DNA from: a virus
Lineage: Duplodnaviria > Caudoviricetes
DNA: 52,750 nt
IMG/VR virus record: IMGVR_UViG_3300032308_001864
Location: 1 to 52,750 of that record
Direction: 5' to 3' (one strand)
This document shows positions 37,698-48,450 of this stretch, in pieces; the first letter of the stretch is position 1, and each line of letters begins with the position of its first letter. Under the pieces are notes generated by a model that worked only from the letters and a program-made list of their open reading frames with translations, was not told where the DNA came from and ran no database searches. The position numbers and the translations under genes were made by a program.

Positions 37698-40600
37698 TGG
37701 GTGTTTCGATATCAGAATTAAATTATAGTCTAGAAAAATATAATGTAATTGATACCACATTAATTACAACAAAAGATTTTATCCGAAGTTTTGGACAAGA
37801 TATTGACTATATCGAAGCGCATCTTTATACTCAGAATAATACATTAATAAAATCTGATTATAATTTTACATACTATACAGTACCGGGGACACTTCAGGGG
37901 GAAACTGAAACTACTAGTAAGCAAATAGAATTTAAAACTGAGGAATATTTAAAATATCTTGGATACTACCTTGGTTCTTATAAGGTTCAATACAATATTT
38001 TTAGAAAGAAAATTTTCAATACCAATGAGAAACTTTTCTTTGTTAAAGAAATATCTCAAGATAGAAAAGAAATTAGAATATCTACGAATGATATTTCTAA
38101 TAGTGATATTGAATCAGGGGTTTTAAATTTTATTCAAGAATACCAAAGTTCTCCTTATTTCAAGGATTTTAATTTAAATTTTGGTGACAATAATATTGTC
38201 AATGCTGTAAATATAATATTGGATAAAAATACTAATCCGTATTCTATCTTAGTAAAGTTATACAACCCATTACCTTCTGAGTTCGATTTAAAAAGTTCTC
38301 TGTGGTTTGTGGAAGAACTTTCCGACCCACACCTATTTCAAATAGACATATTCCCAGATGTCGTAGAAGAAAAGATACCTTTTTTACGAAACGCAAATTT
38401 TGATATAGATGTTGAAAAAAATTCTATAAAGCCAACTGAATATATAAATAGTCAAAATATTTTGACTAATAGCACCCTATCTGGCTATCAGAAACTACTC
38501 AATGTAACTAATACTACGGGTATAAAAATAAATACTGACTATAGTTTATATGAAAACTTTGTTCATTTTTCTTCTGCTAAACAAAGACTCTTAAACTTTT
38601 TTTACAAGCTTCAGAATATAGAAAACAATCAGAGTAGTATAAATAGTATAAAAAATATAAATAATTATACTATATCATTTAATGTAAGTTCTAGTATATA
38701 CACCTTACAAGCTAAAATAAATGATATTATAAAGAATTTTGACGGATATGAAAATTATTTATATTTTTCTTCTGGTTCCAAGTGTTGGCCAAAATCTGGT
38801 TCGTATGGTTATTATACTAACTACCCAACAACTTCCTCTATTTCAAAAACTTGGTTAGGAAGCGATGATTATAACTCTATATATTATGGGGGGCAACTTT
38901 TTACTGCGTCATACTATGATCAAAATAATCAGAATAACTTAATTAATATTGTTCCCGAGTATATAAAAGAGGATGATATTAATTTTAGTTATGTTTTATT
39001 TTGTAACATGGTCGGTCAACATTTTGACGACATATGGCTTTATATAAAATCTGTTACAGATTTGTATAAAAACACTAATAGTTTAAGTACCGGTATATCT
39101 AAAGATGTAGTTTACTACGCTTTAAAGTCTTTAGGGATGGATACTTACAATTCAAAAAGCGATGATGACATTTATAATTACCTTTTAGGAATTAATCCTA
39201 ATGGTAGTATTCTACCTTTAACTGGTTCAAATCAAACTTTAGTAAGTAGTTCTAATGAATCTATGTCTGGAGAAGACATACAAAAAGAATTATTAAAAAG
39301 ATTATGGCATAATATTTCTCATATATTTAAATCTCGGGGTACAGAAAAAGGTATAGACGCACTGATAACTACATATGGTATACCTGATTCTATTTTAAGT
39401 ACTAATGAATATGGTGGAACTGATAAAACCTCAGCTGTCATAGAATATGTATATGAAAGATTTTCATATGCCCTGGCTAATACCACGTCTTCTTTTGTTA
39501 GAATACCTTGGTTCGCATTATATCAAAATGGATTGAAAGGAGCTGGTTCAGATGTAGTGCCTGATGCCATAGAATTTAGATTTAAACCGGCTAAGAATCT
39601 GATGCCATATTCAGCTTCTCTGTTAGATTTGATGTCTCCGGGTGCAACTACTAGTTCTTTTAGTTTATATTTTCAGCCCAACACAACTAGAAGGTATCCT
39701 TATGCAGATGTAATATTTAGACTATCTGGTTCTTCAGGGTACTATACTTCATCCTTGACGTTACCAATATATTCGACTCAATCAAATGGAGAGACATATT
39801 GGTGGAACGTTCTTTTAAAAAGAAGAACTCAAAAAAATTCTACTTCTAACAATGATGCTCAATATTACGATCTATTTGTAAAAAATAAAATAGAAGGTAG
39901 GATAGGCCATCAAGCGTCAGGGAGTATTTATGTTCCTGTGAACTCGTCATCTTATAATTACTCTTGGACTAGATATACAAACTATCCGGAACTTTACTTA
40001 GGCGGCTTTAGAAATAGATTTAGTGGTTCTTTTCAAGAGTTTAGATATTGGTCGTACCCCATATCAGAGTCATCATTTAACTTTCATGTGCTCAACCCAG
40101 AGTCAATCGAATCATATTCGACATCTTCTACATATGATGATTTAGCCGCACGTTATCCATTAGGTAATAACTTATACACATATAGACATTCTAACGTATT
40201 AATTGTTTCTTCTATCGCTCCAAGTAACATTAATCCAATTTATGTCAACACTTTACTGGATGAAAAAGATATGTTCTTTGGATTTACCGGGAGTAATAAC
40301 TATGTTGCAAATGTGGAGGAATATTATACTAATACACCTAATGCCGCATACTCAACTCCTGTAACTGAAAAGATTAGAATAATAGATAATATTATAACTG
40401 GAAGTCTTTTATCTCCTTTTATAAAAATGGAGAAAAAATCGATCGATCCTCTAACAAAAGATATACATTTTGTAGACGTATCTTTCTCCCCACAAAATGA
40501 AATAAATAAAGATATTATTGCCCATTTTGGTAATAAAGCAGATTTAGATGAATTTTTAGGAGATCCTAAAAATGATTATAAAAATGAATATTCTTTATTA

Positions 40601-42937
40601 AAAAATTTAAATGTTGAATATTATAAAAAATATACTAAAAGATATAATTATAAAGATTATGTTGAATTAGTAAAATCTTTTGACAATTCTTTATTCAAGA
40701 TGATTAAAGATAATGTCCCAGCTAGATCAAATGTTCAGACTGGATTGACCATAAAACAACCAATTTTAGAAAGATCTAAAATAAAAAGAACAGAGACAAA
40801 AGCGGAGAGTATTCAATATAAAAATGATAAAATAAAAGTAGGTAAAATATCTATAGATAGTACATATAAAAGTAATTATTCTGATGGTAAAGATTTTTAT
40901 AATGGCGAATTAAAAAATTCTTTAATAGATGTAAATAACTATTTTGAAAAAAATAATTACAATCCTTATATTGTTTATATAGAAAATTTAAATGTAAATA
41001 ATTTTGAACATACCGACTATAATACATTGATAAATAATGTTTCTTTAGGTCAACTTTCTAGAATAAATAAAGTAATAAATAATTACAATACTAATATATT
41101 AGAAGACGCTTACTTACAAGATTGGTATAGAACATATCAAAGACATATCAGACCAAGATATCTTGGTTCAAAGACTTATAGTGCAACTTATAATTTTTAT
41201 ACTCAAGGTGATTACTCTTATGGTAAAACGGCTGCGATAGATAAAAATACTTTGAAGTTTGCATGGATAAAAAATATAGCTAAAAAGAATTTAAACTTCT
41301 TTGATAAGACCTCTTTAAATTTAAAATATCTTGTTGATTCAGAAAGTTCTTTATTGGAGTTATCTAAAAATAATTCAAATTTATTTGAAGTTCAAAATAT
41401 TTTTAAATCTGGTAAAACTTCTATAATATCTCTCACTGACCCGCTTTCACCTACAAATCAAACATCTTTAAATGGTAATAAGATAATATGGAGAGGGGGG
41501 TTTTCTTTTGATCCCATATTGTATAGAGAATTAAATGAAACTTTATATTTTAAATACGACACTCCAATTCAAACTTTAGTTGTTCCATTAGGGATAAAAG
41601 CGTATTCAAATAATTCATATCAATACGCATATTTGGCAAATCAAAATAACGCCACACCACCTACTTCACCCGCTTTAAATGCTTCTGGAGATGGTTATTA
41701 TTATTATATAAATAACTCAACGTCAAATACTACCAGTAAAGCTATGGCTGATAATAGTTATACAACATCTACTTGGCGATATAATAATAAATCTAGTGTA
41801 AGCATAAATCCAACAACAATAACTTTTACTACTGCTGGTGGCGCAAATCCACAAACTCTTTCTGGGAGAAACTCTAAAGTGTACGGATTTAATTTATTAA
41901 ATTTTAATGATACTACAAGCGGATTTAATACAGAACCAGATATCAATACTTATAGACCATACATAACTTCTTCAAATTATTATTATGTTGCACCTAGAAC
42001 AGGTAAATATAATATTGAAGGAAATATAAAAATGTCTTTTAGAGGACACGATGAGGGAGCTGCCGGTACAGCTGGTCTTAGAATAGTAGGCATATTCGAG
42101 TATTGTCCTAACTCGGGAAATCCGCTTGATGAAGATCAATGGGTATATATCGCAAATACAACACTTGCTCCATTAAATGGGGTAGGGCATGGCAGCCTCC
42201 CAGGTAATTTTGGCTACAATAGTGCGGAAAGTGCTATATTCTACGACAGATCGATGATCAGTGAGTTCATATTTCAATTACAATACACCGGGGTAACCCC
42301 CGTTTTATTACAGGGATCTAATGTAAGATTTAAATTATATTGGTGTGATATAAACGGAGCGTACAATAACTCAAATTACGTTTCATGGTATGTGTATCCC
42401 CAATCATATTTTCAGATAACTGACACCACTGCGACTGTAAATAAGTATATCTACGAAAGATCTTATGGTCAAGATTCACCGTTTTATACAAAAGGTACCA
42501 CTTATATATCTAATGATACTTTAATATTTAATAGCGAAACCACGCAATTTTTTAATTTATCTAAATTTAAACCATACAGTTCTACGTCGGGAAGCTATAC
42601 GGATGTTGTCGATTATATGAGTGTTCAACCAAATGATATAATAAGAATAGGACCTTTCGAATCTGCTGCATCACAGCTATATGAAGTTAAGGAAGTGTCT
42701 CTTATTGCCGGGAGTTACTATATAGTTTTAGATAGAACTATAAGTGATATAAATTATGACGATGCGCAAAACTTTGCCATTCTTAGACCCAAACCAGACG
42801 AAACTTCTATAATATTGGATTATAATAAAACCGCAGGTGAAACTACAACGGGTGTAATAATGTGTGAAGATTTATTGCCGATAATAAAAAGCGACGTAAG
42901 TAATATAATAAAACCGTTAAAAACCGATTTATTATAA
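37697..42937 (+). CDS. Large baseplate wedge protein (gp7 / P2 gpI-like core with added domains)
   Basis: 1746 aa; LINIVPEYI...MVGQHFDDIW...HIFKSRGTEKGIDALITTYG core; lectin/LamG-like LYLGG...FSGSFQEFRYW segment. Confidence 0.65.
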   Translation: MGVSISELNYSLEKYNVIDTTLITTKDFIRSFGQDIDYIEAHLYTQNNTLIKSDYNFTYYTVPGTLQGETETTSKQIEFKTEEYLKYLGYYLGSYKVQYNIFRKKIFNTNEKLFFVKEISQDRKEIRISTNDISNSDIESGVLNFIQEYQSSPYFKDFNLNFGDNNIVNAVNIILDKNTNPYSILVKLYNPLPSEFDLKSSLWFVEELSDPHLFQIDIFPDVVEEKIPFLRNANFDIDVEKNSIKPTEYINSQNILTNSTLSGYQKLLNVTNTTGIKINTDYSLYENFVHFSSAKQRLLNFFYKLQNIENNQSSINSIKNINNYTISFNVSSSIYTLQAKINDIIKNFDGYENYLYFSSGSKCWPKSGSYGYYTNYPTTSSISKTWLGSDDYNSIYYGGQLFTASYYDQNNQNNLINIVPEYIKEDDINFSYVLFCNMVGQHFDDIWLYIKSVTDLYKNTNSLSTGISKDVVYYALKSLGMDTYNSKSDDDIYNYLLGINPNGSILPLTGSNQTLVSSSNESMSGEDIQKELLKRLWHNISHIFKSRGTEKGIDALITTYGIPDSILSTNEYGGTDKTSAVIEYVYERFSYALANTTSSFVRIPWFALYQNGLKGAGSDVVPDAIEFRFKPAKNLMPYSASLLDLMSPGATTSSFSLYFQPNTTRRYPYADVIFRLSGSSGYYTSSLTLPIYSTQSNGETYWWNVLLKRRTQKNSTSNNDAQYYDLFVKNKIEGRIGHQASGSIYVPVNSSSYNYSWTRYTNYPELYLGGFRNRFSGSFQEFRYWSYPISESSFNFHVLNPESIESYSTSSTYDDLAARYPLGNNLYTYRHSNVLIVSSIAPSNINPIYVNTLLDEKDMFFGFTGSNNYVANVEEYYTNTPNAAYSTPVTEKIRIIDNIITGSLLSPFIKMEKKSIDPLTKDIHFVDVSFSPQNEINKDIIAHFGNKADLDEFLGDPKNDYKNEYSLLKNLNVEYYKKYTKRYNYKDYVELVKSFDNSLFKMIKDNVPARSNVQTGLTIKQPILERSKIKRTETKAESIQYKNDKIKVGKISIDSTYKSNYSDGKDFYNGELKNSLIDVNNYFEKNNYNPYIVYIENLNVNNFEHTDYNTLINNVSLGQLSRINKVINNYNTNILEDAYLQDWYRTYQRHIRPRYLGSKTYSATYNFYTQGDYSYGKTAAIDKNTLKFAWIKNIAKKNLNFFDKTSLNLKYLVDSESSLLELSKNNSNLFEVQNIFKSGKTSIISLTDPLSPTNQTSLNGNKIIWRGGFSFDPILYRELNETLYFKYDTPIQTLVVPLGIKAYSNNSYQYAYLANQNNATPPTSPALNASGDGYYYYINNSTSNTTSKAMADNSYTTSTWRYNNKSSVSINPTTITFTTAGGANPQTLSGRNSKVYGFNLLNFNDTTSGFNTEPDINTYRPYITSSNYYYVAPRTGKYNIEGNIKMSFRGHDEGAAGTAGLRIVGIFEYCPNSGNPLDEDQWVYIANTTLAPLNGVGHGSLPGNFGYNSAESAIFYDRSMISEFIFQLQYTGVTPVLLQGSNVRFKLYWCDINGAYNNSNYVSWYVYPQSYFQITDTTATVNKYIYERSYGQDSPFYTKGTTYISNDTLIFNSETTQFFNLSKFKPYSSTSGSYTDVVDYMSVQPNDIIRIGPFESAASQLYEVKEVSLIAGSYYIVLDRTISDINYDDAQNFAILRPKPDETSIILDYNKTAGETTTGVIMCEDLLPIIKSDVSNIIKPLKTDLL

Positions 42938-42964
42938 AAAGTTATTTGAAATCATTATATTTTT

Positions 42965-42974
42965 GATATTTATA
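42965..42974 (+). promoter_or_regulatory. Candidate late promoter motif GATATTTATA
   Basis: The same sense-strand motif also lies upstream of genes at 13869-13878, 21725-21734, 25042-25050 and 32077-32085. Confidence 0.55.
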
Positions 42975-43000
42975 TATACAAACTTTAAAAACACTATAAA

Positions 43001-43660
43001 ATGGGCTACTTAGATAACACGATTGTTTCTATTGACGCGATATTGACAAAGAAAGGTAGAGAATTACTGGCTAGAAATGACGGTTCTTTTCAAATAACTC
43101 AATTTGCCTTGGCAGATGACGAAATAGACTACACATTGTATAATGTGAATCACCCATCAGGTTCTGCTTTTTATGGAGAAGCTATTGAAAACATGCCTCT
43201 CTTGGAAGCTTTCCCCGACGAAACACAAGTAATGAAGTATAAATTAGTTACTCTCTCAAGAGGAACTAGTAAACTACCAGTAATTAATGTGGGGTACAAT
43301 TCAATTGTATTAAAACAAGGTGCATCGATTGTAATAACTCCTCAAACACTTAATTACTTGGGTGCAGTTAGTACATTTGAGCCATCTGGGTACGTAGTAA
43401 CAGTTAGTGATGCTAGATTACTTGCAACTTTTACTGGAATAGGAGTAGACACTAGTAACTTAAACGTGACTAGTTTAAATAGTTCTGCGGGTTCTCAGTT
43501 AAGTAAGACCGCAATAGGAACATCTTTTACATTAGTTGGTACTACAACTAATACACTTTTCACTAATAATGGTACCACTTTAACTACTACTATCACCGTA
43601 GTTGGTAGAGATTCTGGTGCTAGAATTACAATTCCTTTAACAATAAATAAAAATAGCTAA
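43001..43660 (+). CDS. Putative baseplate / fibre-attachment structural protein
   Basis: AILTKKGRELLA...ITQFALADDEIDY resembles the N-terminal half of tail-collar/fibre-anchor domains. Confidence 0.6.
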   Translation: MGYLDNTIVSIDAILTKKGRELLARNDGSFQITQFALADDEIDYTLYNVNHPSGSAFYGEAIENMPLLEAFPDETQVMKYKLVTLSRGTSKLPVINVGYNSIVLKQGASIVITPQTLNYLGAVSTFEPSGYVVTVSDARLLATFTGIGVDTSNLNVTSLNSSAGSQLSKTAIGTSFTLVGTTTNTLFTNNGTTLTTTITVVGRDSGARITIPLTINKNS

Positions 43661-43662
43661 AT

Positions 43663-44694
43663 ATGTCCTTTATAGCATTCGCAGAAGATGATAGTGTAAT
43701 AAGTTCAGAAACAATAACCTCGGCTTTATGGGCGGGTAACTCCTATAATTTAAGTGGTTCTTACTATACTTCTAGTGCACAAGAAACTGGTAGCAGCGGT
43801 AAATTTTATTTAAATGTTTATCAATTACCTTCCAATTTTAGTGGCTCAGAAGTACAATTTTCTGTAGCATATGGCCACATTTCAGGTAGCGGTTCCGCTT
43901 TATTTAATTCATTTGTAAACGAGAAATCGCCCACTAGAGATGTGTATGGCCAAATGAGAAATTTAGTTTATGGTGATGAAGGTTCCGTGTTTAATTTTGG
44001 TGGTTCTAACGGGGCTTCTAGAGATATCTATGTAATAAATGTAAATAGAAGTAGATTTAAAGAAAGTATAGCAACTGGAACTTGGAATTTGGAATTAAGA
44101 GTTGGTACTGGTAGCATATATTTAACTGACAATAGTAAAGATAGTTCTATAACAAGTTTTATTGGTAGTAACGAAGTATATTATATTGTTAGTGGTACTA
44201 ACGGTAATAGTTACAATAGTTCTTCCATACAAACTAATAGCGGTAGTTACGGATTGTTTTTCCCTGATATGGGGGTATTTATTCTTAATCCTAGAGCTTT
44301 AAGCTTACCATATAGTATAGGTGGGTTAAATATGTCAATTAATGAAACTCCAGCAACAAGTTACACTTCTTCTGTAAACTTAAATAATAGAACTTTGTAT
44401 ACTGCAATAGCATCTAGTTCTGTATTTTCTGCAAGAAGCCAAGAAACAATTTCATCAAGATACTTTTTTGTAAACGCTAAAAGTTCTCAACTAAATTATA
44501 CTACAAATCCATCTATTATCGATAATAACGGGAACCTGTTATATCCTACTTTAGTAGATAATCCTCAAACATATGCAACTACCATAGGATTGTATAATAA
44601 CTCAAATGAACTTTTGGCTGTAGCAAAATTAAGTAAACCTTTAATTAAAGATTTTACTAAGCAATTAACTTGCAGAGTTAAACTGGAATTCTAA
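43663..44694 (+). CDS. Putative baseplate / fibre-attachment structural protein
   Basis: C-terminal TTIGLYNNSNELLAVAKLSKPLIKD resembles the C-terminal half of tail-collar/fibre-anchor domains. Confidence 0.6.
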   Translation: MSFIAFAEDDSVISSETITSALWAGNSYNLSGSYYTSSAQETGSSGKFYLNVYQLPSNFSGSEVQFSVAYGHISGSGSALFNSFVNEKSPTRDVYGQMRNLVYGDEGSVFNFGGSNGASRDIYVINVNRSRFKESIATGTWNLELRVGTGSIYLTDNSKDSSITSFIGSNEVYYIVSGTNGNSYNSSSIQTNSGSYGLFFPDMGVFILNPRALSLPYSIGGLNMSINETPATSYTSSVNLNNRTLYTAIASSSVFSARSQETISSRYFFVNAKSSQLNYTTNPSIIDNNGNLLYPTLVDNPQTYATTIGLYNNSNELLAVAKLSKPLIKDFTKQLTCRVKLEF

Positions 44695-44711
44695 ATTTGT
44701 TATGAACCATT

Positions 44712-47700
44712 ATGTCCGCATTCAAAAGAATAAATAAATCTGATGTAGTTGTAAGTCCATATATAGCAAATAAAAACTGGAGTTTTAATAATACTCAGTT
44801 AGAAAATAATGGAATACTAATACACAATGGTGCAAAATGCACTGGGTCTTTTGATCCTGACAAGGACTATTTTACAAATGGTGAATATGATAGATTGATT
44901 TATGAATCTATAAATCATATCTTTTATCAAGAATTTTCTGGTTCTTATTTAGATTCTCAACAAAATTTAACATCAAATTATTATCTATCTTCTTCTATAT
45001 ATAGAGCCAGTGGGTCATATTATACAGAAGGCGTAACTGGGTTTATCTATAAAAATTTTCCCAAAAATGTTGGAGATAAAATAAAAGTTATATCTGTACC
45101 TAAAAATATTTATGGCAACTCTTTACATCCGACAACTTTTAATATATCTTCTTCTACTTATAATTTTATAGACGATGGTGACGGTAATGTGTTAGATACA
45201 TTGAATAATAGAGAATTAGTAGGTAACATTTTTTATAAAAAAGGAATTGTTGTAATAACACACCAAGCGTATCAACAAATTTTTACCTTACCGGCTTTTG
45301 CAAAAAATGATTCGGTAACATTTAAAAGAAATGATGTTCTAAAAATGATATACCCGCTCTCTAATGACGATCCTAGAGACGGTTCTTTTATAAATAATAG
45401 TTTAACTTTATCCGGGTTAGACTCAAGTTTTTTTATAAATAATGGTGACGGAACAATCACATTAAACGCAAATGAAGTCGGGGTTTATAAGACGTATTAT
45501 ACAATAGATACGCAAGTACAATCTCCATGCCCAGGAGTTTTAACTAGTAACCAAGGTTTAATAACAGCGATCATAGAACCGGGAGATTGTTCTTTTTCTC
45601 TACTTGTTGATTTTAATCCTACTACGCCTACACTAACCCCTACAAGAACTGCTACTGCTGCACCAACTTCTACTCCTACTAGTACAACTACTTCAACACC
45701 TACTAGTACACCTGGATTAACTTCAACGCCCACTGTTACACCTGGGTTAACTAAAACCCCTACTCCCACGAACACTTCTACTCCAACTAGAACTGTAACA
45801 CCCACCTTGACTTTAACTGGAACTCCTACTAGTACACCGACATTAACAGCTACTAGTACTCCAACTCCAACTCTAACTTTGACACCTGGACTGACTCAAA
45901 CTCCTACTCCTACCGTCACTTTAACAGCAACTGTGACACCTGGATTAACTTCAACACCTACTCCAACTCAAACACCAACGCTGACAGTAACTGCTGGATT
46001 ACCACAAACGCCTACTCCAACAGTATCATTAACTGCCACTCAAACAGTTACCGCTACGCAAACGTCCACATCGACGTCTACACCAACGTTAACACCTACG
46101 TCTACCCCTAACGTAACGCCAACGCCGACTTCTACACCTACTTCAACACCGACAAGCACACCAGTTATTGGTCTTATCTATATAGATACCAATGCTTCTC
46201 AAACCATGGGGGTAGCAAGCGCTAGATTTGCTAAAGCTGGCTCTCCTACTACATATACAAATTTGGTATATTATTCCGGCAAAGATTTTCCTATTGGTCC
46301 TGGAGAATCAGGATATTTTACATCCGTAAGTCAAAGTGTGGGATGGGGTAGATTAGTGTTTACACCTACTACTACTGGATGTGTAGACATGGTTATAGAT
46401 AATGGTTTTGCAAGCAATTCTCCAAGCTATTGTTTCGACCCTGTATTTGAATATAGTAGTTGGGCAGAAGGAATCTACGGTACACCCGGGGCTGGTAAAA
46501 CTCTTTCTTTATTTTTAAGTCAACCTCCTCCTCCAACACCTACAATAACTCCGACTTTAACAAATACTCCTACTGTTACTGCGACGACAACTGCTGTTGC
46601 AACGGCTACGGGTAGTTTCTTTGTACAATTTAAGAAAAATACTGACCGAGGTGGCGGCAACGTAGATGCATTAAGCTTTTTCCTAAGAGTAAATAATGGT
46701 TCTTGGCAACAGTTTCCATCTAATGGTTTTTGCGTATCTCCACCTAATCCTCAACCAACATATATATCTTCAAGTTTTTTTGCAATCACAGCTTCGGTTG
46801 GATCCACGTTAGATTTTGGAGTAACTGATTGTACTGTGCTTACAGGAGCACCTGTTAAATTCGGGGTAGGGTATACAATAAGTTCAGGTAGCGGTGATTG
46901 GAATACTTATTGTGGCACTGACCCTTTTTATAGAATCACTAACTGGACTGGCAGCAATGTGTATTTAAACGTAGACGTTTCAGGAACAAGATTTGTAACT
47001 TGTAGTTTAGTACCAACACCAACGCCATCTCCGACACTTACTAGTACCCCCACACTTACTAGTACACCAACGTTGACTCGAACCTTAACTGGCACACCGA
47101 CTGCTACTAACACTCCAACACTTACTAGTACTCCAACACTTACTAGTACCCCCACACTTACTAGCACTTCAACTCCAACGAGTACTACGACATTGACTGC
47201 CACCAATACACCGACGGTAACACCACCGCCTACGCAGACTCCAACTCTAACGGGTACACCAACGTTAACGCCAACTTTAACTCAGACATTAGCGCCTACA
47301 CAGACACCGACGTTGACTAATACTCCTACCTTGACTAGTACTCCTACCCGTACTGCTACACAAACTGTGACGGGTACTCCTACTAATACACCAACTCAGA
47401 CTACAACAATAGGATCAACTCAAACTGCGCAGCCTACACAGACACCGACGTCTACACAAACACCGACACTTACTAGTACACCTACACTTACTAGTACACC
47501 AACGTTGACTGCTACTGGCACGCCTACCCCAACAAGCACGCCTACTAATACGGCAACACCAGCGGCTACTGCAACTGCAACGCAGACTCCTACTAGTACA
47601 CCGACGTTGACAGCTACTAATACTCCAACGTTGACTGCTACTAATACTCCAACGCTTACTGGCACAGCTACACCAACGTTGACTGCTACTAGCACACCTA

Positions 47701-48359
47701 CTCTGTCATTAACGCCTACACAGACGCCAACATTGACTTCTACGACAACTAGTACTCCTACACCATCATATATCGTAGATCCAGGATTTACATGTGTGTC
47801 TATCGAGTCGTTGAACTTAATTCAGGGTGAATGTTATTACTATCCTAATACGTATGAAAGCGCCATAGCAACTTTTGCTAAATTTTATAGTCCATATGGG
47901 TCACCTCCCGTGAGACCTTTATTAGATGTCGTATTTACTATAACTTTATCAGATAGTAGTGTGGTATACAGTACTATATACGCCACAGATCCATTTCCAT
48001 CTGATGGCGCATATGCTATATGGTATAGTGCATATCCGTGTGGTGGATTCCAAGAGCCGACTGTTACAAATGCTACTGCTAAATATTTAAATAATTATAA
48101 TGTTGTGAGTTGCGGCGATGATTCTTACGGAACTTATAATTACTATTTTGCAACACAATATTTAGATTGTGAGCAAAATTCAGCACCAGGTGGATTTGTA
48201 ATTAGAACAATACTTTCACCTTCTTCTTGGATTTGTGGGGCTACTGATGATTTACAATACGAAATTACAGGAACAGCAACTGAGGGTGACTATAACGTTT
48301 CACCAAATAAAATGAACGGAGATCTATTAATTAGTTCTTGTGGTGGAACATGTGCTTAA
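44712..48359 (+). CDS. Mucin-like virion fibre/appendage protein with three Pro/Thr tracts and Cys-containing globular domains
   Basis: N-terminal structural region (DDGDGNV...[14 protein letters not shown]) resembling the upstream gene, a cadherin/Ig-like AKNDSV...PLSNDD segment, and (PTxT)n tracts; no signal peptide. Confidence 0.8.
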   Translation: MSAFKRINKSDVVVSPYIANKNWSFNNTQLENNGILIHNGAKCTGSFDPDKDYFTNGEYDRLIYESINHIFYQEFSGSYLDSQQNLTSNYYLSSSIYRASGSYYTEGVTGFIYKNFPKNVGDKIKVISVPKNIYGNSLHPTTFNISSSTYNFIDDGDGNVLDTLNNRELVGNIFYKKGIVVITHQAYQQIFTLPAFAKNDSVTFKRNDVLKMIYPLSNDDPRDGSFINNSLTLSGLDSSFFINNGDGTITLNANEVGVYKTYYTIDTQVQSPCPGVLTSNQGLITAIIEPGDCSFSLLVDFNPTTPTLTPTRTATAAPTSTPTSTTTSTPTSTPGLTSTPTVTPGLTKTPTPTNTSTPTRTVTPTLTLTGTPTSTPTLTATSTPTPTLTLTPGLTQTPTPTVTLTATVTPGLTSTPTPTQTPTLTVTAGLPQTPTPTVSLTATQTVTATQTSTSTSTPTLTPTSTPNVTPTPTSTPTSTPTSTPVIGLIYIDTNASQTMGVASARFAKAGSPTTYTNLVYYSGKDFPIGPGESGYFTSVSQSVGWGRLVFTPTTTGCVDMVIDNGFASNSPSYCFDPVFEYSSWAEGIYGTPGAGKTLSLFLSQPPPPTPTITPTLTNTPTVTATTTAVATATGSFFVQFKKNTDRGGGNVDALSFFLRVNNGSWQQFPSNGFCVSPPNPQPTYISSSFFAITASVGSTLDFGVTDCTVLTGAPVKFGVGYTISSGSGDWNTYCGTDPFYRITNWTGSNVYLNVDVSGTRFVTCSLVPTPTPSPTLTSTPTLTSTPTLTRTLTGTPTATNTPTLTSTPTLTSTPTLTSTSTPTSTTTLTATNTPTVTPPPTQTPTLTGTPTLTPTLTQTLAPTQTPTLTNTPTLTSTPTRTATQTVTGTPTNTPTQTTTIGSTQTAQPTQTPTSTQTPTLTSTPTLTSTPTLTATGTPTPTSTPTNTATPAATATATQTPTSTPTLTATNTPTLTATNTPTLTGTATPTLTATSTPTLSLTPTQTPTLTSTTTSTPTPSYIVDPGFTCVSIESLNLIQGECYYYPNTYESAIATFAKFYSPYGSPPVRPLLDVVFTITLSDSSVVYSTIYATDPFPSDGAYAIWYSAYPCGGFQEPTVTNATAKYLNNYNVVSCGDDSYGTYNYYFATQYLDCEQNSAPGGFVIRTILSPSSWICGATDDLQYEITGTATEGDYNVSPNKMNGDLLISSCGGTCA
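45615..46163 (+). repeat. Pro/Thr-rich coding repeat, tract 1
   Basis: TPTLT, TPTST, TPGLT, TPTVT units with varied synonymous codons. Confidence 0.95.
47012..47766 (+). repeat. Pro/Thr-rich coding repeat, tract 3, with 18-nt tandem units
   Basis: Near-identical CCNACACTTACTAGTACN units (PTLTST) at about 47032-47170 and 47463-47500. Confidence 0.95.
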
Positions 48360-48414
48360 AAATAAAAATATTTGTAAATTTATATGTAATATTTTAAAAT
48401 TTTTAATTATAAAA

Positions 48415-48446
48415 TTTGGTTTTTAACAAAAAAAGTGTTATATTTG
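48415..48446 (+). promoter_or_regulatory. Bacteroidota primary-sigma promoter of the glycosyltransferase cluster
   Basis: TTTG (48415-48418), 20 nt spacer, TATATTTG (48439-48446); ATG 4 nt later. Confidence 0.85.
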
Positions 48447-48450
48447 CAAA

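Noticed and set aside
45497-47695. Val/Gly-rich minus-strand ORFs (45497-45805, 46928-47206, 47420-47695)
   Set aside because: Antisense shadows of the Thr/Pro codon repeats in the 1215-aa gene; no independent coding evidence.
47012-47766. Tandem DNA repeats as a possible CRISPR array
   Set aside because: Units are 18-nt in-frame coding repeats with wobble variation and no unique spacers; no cas genes.
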